DNA of 64,000 bases from Felis catus (lineage: Eukaryota): NCBI RefSeq assembly GCF_018350175.1, contig NC_058368.1, positions 78,742,001-78,806,000 on the forward strand, written 5' to 3'. Under the pieces are notes generated by a model that worked only from the letters and a program-made list of their open reading frames with translations, was not told where the DNA came from and searched no databases. Positions 25,301 through 36,490 of the stretch are shown piece after piece; positions within the stretch are counted from its first letter, which is position 1; every line of letters starts with the position of its first letter. Made by a program: the position numbers and the translations under genes.

Positions 25301-27410
25301 AAGTATTCTCCTACTTTAGACATTTTATCCAAATTTTCGTTACTTTCTCTGTTTTTACAACACTATTATTCACGGTCATGGCAATATCTATTTCTTGTTA
25401 AATAACTATGTTTATATCGCTACACTTTGGCTTTTCATCTTTTGTCTGGCAGATGGGGATTCAGCTCTTGGTGCCACAGACCCAGGCCCTAACAGGTCTG
25501 CCCACTGCTAGGTGCCCGTCCTCCCCTGTGTCCCTTTAAACCGCTGTCATATGTGGAAACATGTACAGACTTCTCCAGCGTGACTGTAAATGCCATCCAC
25601 ACCAGTTTACGTGGCATTTTACAACTACCCTTTCTTTCTTACATGTTTTGTTTTCTTGACATGGGTGGTAACTTCGCATGACAGCAGGGCCACAATAAAC
25701 ATTTATGCGCTCCCAGCGTAATAATTATTGACCTCAGAATGCTTACAGCGGGAGCTGTAAAAATGTGTTCCAGTATCATCTCAACTGTTATAAAATTTTA
25801 AATGGTTGTAATACAGGTTTTGAGATTTTTATTACCATAAAGATTTACCATCATTTAAAAATCAAAGTACATTTTAATTATAATAAAGGCTTAATACATA
25901 GTTCCTAATGAATGAATGGATTCCCCGATGGTATTGCCTCCTGCATTATCTGCCAACATTCTAGCATCTGGAGAAAGTTAAATGCTTTTAGTTTTCTCTC
26001 TCTGCTTAAACAGTGGGAACCCATGGGAAAGTCTTTGCTTGAGACCAGAGATGCATGAATCTTCTGGTTCAGTTCCCTAAGTTCTCGTGATTGTGGGCGG
26101 ATAGAAGCCCCACGGTCCCTTGGTTGGTCCGACTCAAGTACAGGAGGGACGTCCTGTGGCAAGACGATGGATTCTTCCTTCGTGGCCTCGTTCACTGGCG
26201 GTCATCCGGGGTAATCCGCTCTGTTACAGGTTTCTGCTGGTGCACACCCCACCTGACATCCTCCTTCCTGGCTGCCACAGGGCTTTCAATGATGATGTCT
26301 CAGCTGAGCTTTGGGAAGAGAGATGGCAATTGAATGTGTTGAGGTTTTGAGGTTTAACAGTTTCTTCACCTGTTTTCTTTGGTGGCATGAATATTTCAGA
26401 AGGAGAGGGGTTGCTTGCTGAACGTACCTCATAAAATAGCATCTCGGCTCGATTTCCTAATCCAACAGCAATGATAAATGTAAAATGATGCAGGGCATAG
26501 AGAGTAGGTGTTTCATGAGAACATGTGCTTCTTATTCCTGTTTGCATTTGATTGCCCTTTGGATCAGTATCTGTTATTCTTTTTGTTCAGTGATGTTAAG
26601 TTTCATTTTGGGGGGACTCTTACGGTTTTGCTTATCTTTTTATGAAAATGGTTTGCTATCTTTGCTATGATTTGTTTGAAGCTTTAGCAGTTCTTTGGAG
26701 TTTGTCCTTGAAGACAGGGCAGAATTGTGAGGAAGTTTTCTTTTCGTTTGCAAATAATGGCTCCTAAGCAATAGTGAAGGGTCTGTTGTGCTTTGCGGGG
26801 CCACTGGCTGGAGGACAGACTTTCAAAGAAACTAAGTGGTAAGTTACCTGGAAATAAGCGAAGCGGTTGGATTTTTTGGAGATCTCTTTCAGAAGTGCCT
26901 GTAAGTTTCTACTCAATCTTTCATCAAAGTATTTTGTTCCATGTGGGTTCTCTTTAAGGAACAGATTTGCAAAGAGTTCTCACATATACCTCAGGGCACA
27001 TTGCCTTTTTGTCAGTAACGGTCATAAGACAGCGCATTCTGGCATTTTTTCTGGTTTGCCTCAGATGCTATACTTGAAGCTGTTACCACCATTGGGCTGC
27101 ATAGTCTGGGCATGGAGCTTTAGAACCATTTCTTGCCTTTGAAATCATTTTGCTTCCTCATTGCTGCTTTTGTCAAATGTATCGTATGGTAAGAGTGAGG
27201 GGAAGAAGGGAAGGAGTCAGACCGGATCTGCCACCCTCAGCATTTCAAGGAGCTGGGGCCGAACTGCCCTTCCTTCTCTCCTTCAGCCACTGCATTCTGC
27301 CCATGCTGTTTGGAGCTTGCATTCAGGGCCCCGCCAAATACTGCACGCAGAGAGGGGTGGGTGACGTATTAGACGCTAGCCCATGGTGGTTTTACAAATA
27401 CTGTACTTTT

Positions 27411-27632
27411 CAAAATTAAAAAAAAATTTAATGTTCATTTATTTTTGAGAGAGAGAGAGACAGAGCATGAGCGGGGGAAGAGCAGAGAGAGAGGGAGACA
27501 CAGAATCCGAAGCAGGCTCCAGGCTCTGAGCTGTCAGCACAGAGCCCCACGCAGGGCTCGAACTCACGAACTTCAAGATCATGACCTGAGCCGAAGTCGG
27601 ACGCTTAACCAGTTGAGCCACCAAGGCATCCC
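27411..27632 (-). mobile_element. Can-SINE
   Basis: Full element with degenerate TSD (acaaatactgtac / acaaatgttgtat). Confidence 0.93.
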
Positions 27633-28002
27633 ACAAATGTTGTATTTCATAAGATACTCTTTCTTTTTTGATTACGTTTATTAGTGCAGGTACAGTTTAT
27701 TGAGTGGCTGCTGTAGGTCAGCACTGTGCTGGGTACTGCATACATTTATACCGAGGTTAACTGGCATCTACATTAAGTAGTAAGAGTTGGCTCCACCTTG
27801 CAAGCTGATGGACAGAATTAGGTGTTTTGTCCTCGGTCCTGAAATCGGCGAACAGTAACCCAGCACTCAGAGCGTGGCTTCTGTGACACCAGAAGAACTT
27901 CCCTCCCCTTCTCCTGTTTCCTGCTACCTCTCACTCAAACACTCCTTGACAGATGTGTCCCTGTTTTGCAGCTCTCTGAAGGCTGATACTCCACTTTCAT
28001 TA

Positions 28003-28221
28003 ATTTTTTTTTAACGTTTACTTATTGAGAGACAGAGAGAGACAGGGCACGAGCAGGGGAGGGGTAGAGAAAGAGGGAGATACAGAATCTGAAGCGGGAT
28101 CCAGGTTCTGAACTGTCAGCATAGAGCCCGATGTGAGGCTCAAACCCATGAACTATGAGATCATAACCTGAGCCTGAGTCAGGTGCCCAGAAGCTGGGTG
28201 GCTGAGCCAGCCAGGTGACTC
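28003..28221 (-). mobile_element. Can-SINE with a small insertion in the head
   Basis: TSD CCACTTTC; extra bases near 28191-28200. Confidence 0.88.
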
Positions 28222-29119
28222 ACCACTTTCCATTTTTGAATAGTGTCACTAAACTTACCATCTCAATGAATGCAAGATAGCGGAAATACGTCATTAAAAA
28301 TTTATAGACTTCTTCTATTTCAGAAACCCCATTTAGACTTCTTGTTCTTATCTAAATCTGTGTTTCTTTGTTTTGAATGTGCATTTCTTGTTGGATAGCA
28401 ACTTTTATTGTTCAGTTAATATGAGACTCCATGAATAGTTCAGCAGTGAATATTGTCGCGCTTCCCAAATACAGTATTTTTGGTCAAGTGAATTCAGAAT
28501 ATTTGGACGTTTAAGGGGTTGGGGTCTGGATGACACAGGTCCTTGAAGTCTTGAGAAAAAGTTGGGGTGATCTCACCATACAGTTCCCCGTATCCTTAAA
28601 CTGAACGTTTGCAAACTCCTAATATGTGCTGTGACCCAAAATAATTGTTTGCGCATTATACATTCCTCTGGGACAGCCTTCATCTTATTCTGCTAGCACA
28701 TAATGCAGAAGTTTCTATAGAAAGAAGAGAACCCATCTGCAATTCAAAAGCACAAAACATTCACTCACAGAATTTTCTATTTTTCCTATCAGGTTAGATG
28801 CCAACATTTTTATATGTAAGTGGAATATTTTGTGGCAGGATATTTGAAGACTGTGTAAATATTCTGTTCCTCATCAAGGTTTCGTTCAAACGTCTGCCTT
28901 TCCAGCACACAGGAATGTAGTGTTACCATCCCTTACGGACTCCCATTGAAATCAGTTATTACTCTAACGAATGCCGGATTCTAACTTTGACATGCCGTCT
29001 GCCTGGGTGAGTTGGTTGTAAGGAAGACCTGTATTCAGGCGTTCATGTGTCTGTCGATATGGGCATGCACGCATGGGTTCCTAGTTTCCGTTCTGCCCTG
29101 CAAACACCTGGCAAACCTC

Positions 29120-30126
29120 ACCCCTGCCAGTGATCAAGGTTCACTTCATCACTGATGGGACCAAGGGACATCTTGTGCCGTCTGATAGGGTATGATGGGA
29201 AGAATATGCTATCCCCTCTCTGGTTTCCCTGCCAAAAACCTCGTAACACATATGAGAGAAGGTCTTGAGAAGACTGAAGAGGTGTCCCAAATTGGGTGGA
29301 ACTAAAGAAAAAGGACAAGTACATGTGCCGGGGGATCGTGGGTTACGTCCCGGGCTGGGGAAATAGCGGTCAACAATACAGTTGGAAAAAGTAACACCAA
29401 TTTGGGTGTGCACGGTGGTTTAGGTAATAGTAGTTAGTAATGCTAAATTTTCTGATTTTGATAACTTGTATGCATGAGACTTATCCTTATTCTTATGAAA
29501 TATACACTAAAATATTAGAGGTAAAGGGATGTGTGGTGCCTGTTGACTCACTTTTAAGAGATTTGGGGAAAATAGTGCAAAAGTAGGAGGAAAGTATACA
29601 TTGGCGAATTTGGGTAGAGGGCAGAGTATTGGTTTCCTGGGGTTGCCGTAATAAACTACCACAAACTGGTGTGAGGGCTTAAAGCCACAGAAATTGGTCA
29701 TTCCACAGTTCTGGAGGGTGGAGTCAAGGTCCACAAAGCTGCGCCCCCTCTGAAACCTGCAGGAGTTATCTAGTCCATTTCCGGGGGGCACCTGCTGGTC
29801 CTTGGCTGGTGGCTGCATCGCCCCCCATATCTGCCTCTGTCTTCACCTGGCTGCCTTCTCTGTGTGTGTGTGCATCCCCAAAGCCCCTTTCCCTATAAGA
29901 ATACTTGTCCCACTAGTTACTCCAACATGGCCTCCTCTTAACTCACCTGATGACATCTGCACCCGTCCTGTTTCCACATGAGTCCACATTCACAGGTACT
30001 AGGCCCCTGGGACGTCCACATTTCTTGGTAGGGGGACGCAATTCAACTCATAACAGGTACACAGGGTTTCTTGGCATTACTCTTGCAGCTTTAACTGAAT
30101 TTGAAATCATACCAAGATAAAAAGTT
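29120..30126 (+). mobile_element. Old L1 (L1MC/MD-type) 3' end, interrupted by a MaLR LTR
   Basis: cagtgatcaaggtt...tgctaaattttctgattttgataa...aaatatacactaaaatattagaggtaaaggg, resuming after 30055 with ttactcttgcagcttt...tttgaaatcataccaagataaaaagtt. Confidence 0.6.
29625..30055 (-). mobile_element. Solo MaLR LTR (MLT1B/C-like)
   Basis: gtattggtttcctggggttgccgtaataaactaccacaaactgg...cacagttctggagg...gggggacgcaattcaactcataaca. Confidence 0.8.
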
Positions 30127-31044
30127 GCCAGAAAGTGTTGGCGTATAAAAAGTGGTATTTGCTGAAGCCAATTAAGCAAATATATAGATGCCATCAATTT
30201 CAGTATTCATGTGTTAGAGAATCACTACTCAGTGAACGAATTGGCAAGTATATTCACTGACATTAAATTGTTACAGAAAGCAAACCAGGAAAATGTTGCT
30301 TACAAGAAAGGTGCACTTATGTGTTCATAGGTTATCTGATAGGCAAGAGGTGAGATTCCGGTCTGGGAGGAGGGGTGGGGGGTTGATGTATTTGAGTTCC
30401 ATTTCCAATACTCTGGGGACATAGGTGAGGACAACTGGAGGTGGGGTGGCCTTCCTTAGAGAAAATGTCCTCAGGGCTCCCTGTGGGAACTGTTCAGGCC
30501 GCAACTGCAGAAAGTATGTGAGGAGTGGGCTTTGGCATAGATAACATCGACTGCTTTCACTTGCCCAATGGAAACCGATCACCGTATGACTGATGGTCTC
30601 AAAACCAAACCGAAGGACTTGCCTCACAGTCTATATCGCACGAATATGACATCTTGGTTGAGCTGTTCCCACTGATGCACGTTTTTCTTAATTTGGAATG
30701 CCTTCTTTCATTAAAGGATAATAACTACCGTCAGGATAAGAAATCTGACATCTGGTGATTAGGCGTAGGAATGTAAAACTAAGAAGATGCTTCACACGCA
30801 CGCACACGCACACACGCCCCGGGACTTAGGGTGTTCATGGGCACCGAGTATAAACGAGAAAGTATCTATCTCTTCCATCTAGTCTCACTCTCACCAGCCT
30901 TTTAACGCAGCCATCTCCTAAGCCGTATGTTTTTATAAAGTACAGCATTCAGTTATTTAAAAATATTGTTTAAGCTTTAGAAAATGTGTGGTGATGGCTA
31001 AGGCTGTTGTTCTTGTATAATAGAACGAGTGCCGCCTTAGGCAA

Positions 31045-31247
31045 TTTTTTTAAACATTTATTTATTATTGAGAGACAGAGCATGAGTATGGGAGGGGCAG
31101 AGAGAGGTGAAGACACAGAATCCGAAGCAGGCTCCAGGCTCCGAGCTGTCAGCACAGAGCCCGACGCGGGGCTCGAACCCACAAACCGCGAGTCCATGAC
31201 CTGAGCCAAAGTCGGACGCCCAACCGACTGAGCCACCCAGGCACCCC
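31045..31247 (-). mobile_element. Can-SINE
   Basis: Full element with degenerate TSD (ccttaggca / ccttgggca). Confidence 0.93.
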
Positions 31248-32130
31248 CAACCTTGGGCATTCTATGTGCTGTATTTCAAAATCTAGTCTAACACCTTCCC
31301 CTCATCCTGCTTCTCATGCCCTGAAATAAAAGAGTGTGCTTACAGTGGGATACCCACACCAACACGTGGGGCAATTAAAGTTTGCTGTTGTTACCCACGT
31401 CCTGTACTGAAAATAGTGAGCCCCGTATCCACGGAAACACTGTAATTAATATGTGCACCAGTTCATGAGCACTTTTCCCCGGCTTTTATCCTCCTAGCTG
31501 AAAAACCACTTGGTGGATTCAGCATCAGTGGAATGAAATTTGAAATGTAAAAGGAACATTTCTAAAAAGCATTGAGGAATATCATGTCCGGAAGAGAAAA
31601 AAAATAAATATATTTTAGAATACATGTGTTTTGAAATTTCCATATTAAAAATGGACAATGTCAGACTGATACTTTTATTGAATCACTTAATGGCTCTCGC
31701 TTTGCAAAACTGAGAAAAGTTCATTCTATATTACTGAGTGGCTCAAAGTATTTTTTAAGAAAAACAAGTACTAACACAATACCTTATAAATGTTGCTAAT
31801 TCCCAACCTCACTTCCCTTTCTGTTTTCTGGACATTAGACCATCCTGATGGTATTGTGGCAAGTCTCTGACATTTTGAGAAGTCCTATTTTTCAAGCCCT
31901 CACCCTTCAGTTCCAGTGGGATCCATTAATAACTAAAAGTGCACATTAACACTTGAGCCATTCACACTAAGAGTAATAACCAGTCATGAATCTTCTCAAT
32001 GGTGGGGTTTTTTTCCCTGTTCTTGTTTTTTTTTTTTTTAACAGAGGTAAGATTTCAGAAGTGTAATTCAAGATATACCCAGCATCAGGACCCCTGATGC
32101 AGGTGGGGCGCTCACCCTGTCCAGTGTTAG

Positions 32131-32234
32131 AAAGAAGAAGAGGAGGGAAGAATGAGAGGGAAGGGGAGAAAGAGAGAAGGAGAAAGGTAGAGAGAGGGAG
32201 GGGAAGAGGGAGAGGGAGGAAGGAAGGAAGGAAG
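32131..32234. repeat. Purine-rich (GA/GGAA) low-complexity tract
   Basis: Directly visible, just upstream of the L1 insertion site. Confidence 0.85.
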
Positions 32235-32277
32235 TCACAAACGTCCATCTAAAAGAGTGAAGGCAGTTGTGAATGGG

Positions 32278-34065
32278 ATCCCATTCACAATTGCACCAAG
32301 AAGCATAAAATACCTAGGAATAAATCTAACCAAAGATGTAAAAGATCTGTATGCTGAAAACTATAGAAAGCTTATGAAGGAAATTGAAGAAGATATAAAG
32401 AAATGGAAAGACATTCCGTGCTCATGGATTGGAAGAATAAATATTGTCAAAATGTCAATACTACCCAAAGCTATCTACACATTCAATGCAATCCCAATCA
32501 AAATTGCACCAGCATTCTTCTCGAAACTAGAACAAGCAATCCTAAAATTCATATGGAACCACAAAAGGCCCTGAATAGCCAAAGTAATTTTGAAGAAGAA
32601 GACCAAAGCAGGAGGCATCACAATCCCAGACTTTAGCCTCTACTACAAAGCTGTAGTCATCAAGACAGCATAGTATTGGCACAAAAACAGACACATAAAC
32701 CAGTGGAATAGAATAGAAACTCCAGAACTAGACCCACAAATGTATGGCCAACTAATCTTTGACAAAGCAGGAAAGAACATCCAATGGAAAAAAGACAGTC
32801 TCTTTAACAAATGGTGCTGGGAGAACTGGACAGCAACATGCAGAAGGTTGAAAGTAGACCACTTTCTCACACCATTAACAAAAATAAACTCAAAATGGAT
32901 AAAGGACCTGAATGTGAGACAGGAAACCATCAAAACCCTAGAGGAGAAAGCAGGAAAAGACCTCTCTGACCTCAGCCGTAGCAATCTCTTACTTGACACA
33001 TCCCCAAAGGCAAGGGAATTAAAAGCAAAAATGAATTACTGGGACCTTATGAAGATAAAAAGCTTCTGCACAGCAAAGGAAACAACCAACAAAACTAAAA
33101 GGCAACCAACGGAATGGGAAGAGATATTTGCAAATGACATATCGGACAAAGGGCTAGTATCCAAAATCTATAAAGAGCTCACCAAACTCCACACCCAAAA
33201 AACAAATAACCCAGTGAAGAAATGGGCAGAAAACATGAATAGACACTTCTCTAAAGAAGACATCTGGATGGCCAACAGGCACATGAAAAAATGCTCAACG
33301 TCGCTCCTCATCAGGGAAATACAAATCAAAACCACACTCAGATATCACCTCACGCCAGTCAGAGTGGCCAAAATGAACAAATCAGGAGACTATAGATGCT
33401 GGAGAGGATGTGGAGAAACGGGAACCCTCTTGCACTGTTGGTGGGAATGCAAATTGGTGCAGCCACTCTGGAAAACAGTGTGGAGGTTCCTCAGAAAATT
33501 AAAAATAGACCTACCCTATGACCCAGCAATAGCACTGCTAGGAATTTACGCAAGGGATACAGGAGTACTGATGCATAAGGGCCCTTGTACCCCAATGTTT
33601 ATAGCAGCACTCTCAACAATAGCCAAATTATGGAAAGAGCCTAAATGTCCATCAACTGATGAATGGATAAAGAAATTGTGGTTTATATACACAATGGAGT
33701 ACTACGTGGCAATGAGAAAGAATGAAATATGGCCCTTTGTAGCTACGTGGATGGAACTGGAGAGTGTGATGCTAAGTGAAATAAGCCATACAGAGAAAGA
33801 CAGATACCATATGTTTTCACTCTTATGTGGATCCTGAGAAACTTAACAGAAACCCATGGGGGAGGGGAAGGAAAAAAAAAAAGAGGTTAGAGTGGGAAAG
33901 AGCCAAAGCATAAGAGACTCTTAAAAACTGAGAACAAACTGAGGGTTGATGGGGGGTGGGAGGGAGGGGAGGGTGGATGATGGGTATTGAGGAGGGCACC
34001 TTTTGGGATGAGCACTGAGTGTTGTATGGAAACCAATTTGACAATAAATTTCATATATTGAAAAA
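32278..34065 (+). mobile_element. 5'-truncated young felid L1 (ORF2 C-terminal part, 3'UTR, poly-A), sense to MYO16
   Basis: One ORF2 reading frame (YLGINLTK...[17 protein letters not shown]...[18 protein letters not shown]) with two nonsense codons (TGA 32572, TAG 32671). AATAAA at 34043. Perfect 16-bp TSD AAAAGAGTGAAGGCAG (32251-32266 and 34066-34081). Confidence 0.98.
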
Positions 34066-35139
34066 AAAAGAGTGAAGGCAGGAAATTTAAGTATGCATAT
34101 AGTGATTTTGTAATTTTATTCATGCACCCTTGAAAATAAAGGTCAGGAAATTTAGTTAAAAAGAATTTAGCTAAAAATTATAGTTCTCTGCCTTAATTTG
34201 TAATAATTAGCTTAAGTTCAGTTTTTGGCTCCTTATTTTTCAGTTTGTGTCACTCAATCTTTTTTCAGTGCCTTGTATGTGCCAGGCACTGAGGCAGGTT
34301 GGGGGAGGGGGTGCAGATAATGGGGACTAAACTCCGATCTTTGATGAGGGAAGTTCCTGCCCCCAGGGAAGATGGGCTTCTGTACAGGGAACCCCTGAGA
34401 GTTCAGCGATGCAGACTGCTGAGTGACAATTGGGTGGGAATTGAAGCGAAGGAGCCCCGCGACTATTTTCAGCATCAGAGGTCACCTTCAGACTTGTTTT
34501 GAAAGAGCCTCATTACTTCTTGTAGAGTAGAACGTATTCTCTTGAAGTGCACAGTGTCCCTCAGCACCAGGTTGTGTCCTACTTATTTCTGTTGTTATTG
34601 ACGATACATGATGATATGTATATTCGCTGTTGCCTTGGGTCCAGATGTTTGGCGTAGATAAGGTTATATTGGAAACATTTATGCATTGGGAAAAGAGAAT
34701 AACTAGATTTACTTCTGCCTATTAGTATTGAAATCAATAATGAGACCCTGTAGTTCTCTCTTAATTGGCTCTTTAACAATTGATCCTTGGGTACGTATGC
34801 GAAATCTTATTCTCCTGGATGGCCACTAAAGGAAAGGAATCATTAACAAAGGCTACTGAACAATGTTGCCTCGAAGAATTTCTTTTCAAACTCTGAATAA
34901 CTAAAAATATTAAATGCACTACGAAGACTTAGTTTGAAGTTTTCAGGACCTTAAAAGCACATGCTTCCTTACCAAAGTGAAAATCTGAAATATATAACTT
35001 AATTTGTTCAAATAGAGGAGTATCTTCATGTGGTTACAGAAAATATAACGTGGCACACTCAAGATGGTGAGGTGAGTGGCATAGTTTATTCAGGGCAGAT
35101 ATTAAGAGGTACGCTATTTTGCCACTTTGGCCTATTTTT

Positions 35140-35355
35140 TTTTAATTTTTTTTTAACGTTTATTTATTTTTGAGACAGAGAGAGACAGAGCATGAATGGG
35201 GGAGGGTCAGAGAGAGGGAGACACAGAATCTGAAACAGGCTCCAGGTTCTGAGCTGTCAGCACAGAGCCCGATGCGGGGCTCGAACTCACGGACCGCGAG
35301 ATCATGACCTGAGCCGAAGTCGGATGCTTAACCGACTGAGCCACCCAGGCGCCCC
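35140..35355 (-). mobile_element. Young felid Can-SINE
   Basis: 16-bp TSD ACTTTGGCCTATTTTT (35124-35139 and 35357-35372). Confidence 0.96.
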
Positions 35356-36381
35356 AACTTTGGCCTATTTTTACTTCCGTGTTTACAATGTCTCCAGAGT
35401 AGCCCTTTGGAAAACCTGTGTGGACTTGGTAATGTATAGGAAGGTTGTTTATTGAATATACATCTAGAATCACCGAGGGCAAAATCCCACATTGTAGTAT
35501 ATAAGATTATGAATGTTATATACCTTTTTATGTAACGTGCACTTGGACAGTATATGAACTTTATAAATATGGCGTCACAGACTTGTATTCAGTAAAAAGA
35601 ATAGGGGAAGACATTCATTCGTCTGGCCTGAGTTCAGTGAACTCATCCCTTGGTCAGTGGTATGTGCTTGTGCCATGTCCTTGGAGAAAAGGGAAAGTAA
35701 AACCATCATTGTGTTTAAGCTGGGATGGGCGGGAGGGAAACATGCATCCTCAGAGGTGCTTGATGAAGGGTGCTTTGAAGCAAAAAGCTATGTAATGGCC
35801 ATATTTAATATATTCCATTAATATCTACAGATTGTGCTTTTTAAAAAAAATAGTTTCTGTAAAGAGAAAAGAAAAACAACCGGAAGCCACTAGCCCAGGC
35901 CTTTATTAAAACATGGTAGTGTGAGAACAGCTCTCCGATGACTTTCTGTAGAGAGCAAAGTGCTTGAAGAGCTTATAGGATAGTTTGGGGGGAAGATCAA
36001 AGTTCACGGAAGAGTTCTCTATGGAGACCCTCCAAAGGCATGGGGACCTTCTGCTGTGTTAGAATCAAGGCAGCCAATGCAGAGGTGTGGTTGGTTTCAC
36101 AGCAAGGATCGGATATCTTGGGTGTAGCAAGAGGGGTGGGAGGAAGAAGCCGGGGCTAAGGCCTTGCCAACGTCAGTTGAACATTCGTAGCCTGTTGGGA
36201 GTTTCTCACAAAGTATTTATTATATTTGTCTTAAAAAGTAATTACAGTGTCCCACATGCTTCTACAGGGTTTTATCTAAGACAGACTTTTCTGGATCTGT
36301 TTCCCAACTAATGCAGAAGTGAAACCCGCTTTCTTTGTTACCAGTATACATAATGTTGTATTTGTTCTTTTTCGCTTACAG

Positions 36382-36490
36382 GCTGGAGCCAATGTCCTTC
36401 TCCAGGATGTCAATGGAAATATCCCCTTGGATTATGCCATGGAAGGGACAGAATCTAGTTCCATCCTGTTGACCTATCTGGATGAAAATG
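36382..36490 (+). CDS. MYO16: MYO16 internal coding exon, 109 nt, phase 0-1
   Basis: ttcgcttacAG acceptor and G|GTAGGC donor. Translates [36 protein letters not shown](G), continuing the previous exon in frame. Confidence 0.96.

Noticed and set aside
26700..26845. Possible extra exon ending at GTG|GTAAGT (26839)
   Set aside because: No convincing acceptor or MYO16-like reading frame, and the flanking exons already join in frame.
32740..33837. 365-aa ORF as a host or domesticated gene
   Set aside because: It is the C-terminus of L1 ORF2 in a truncated insertion with a TSD and upstream stops. Openness is explained by young age.
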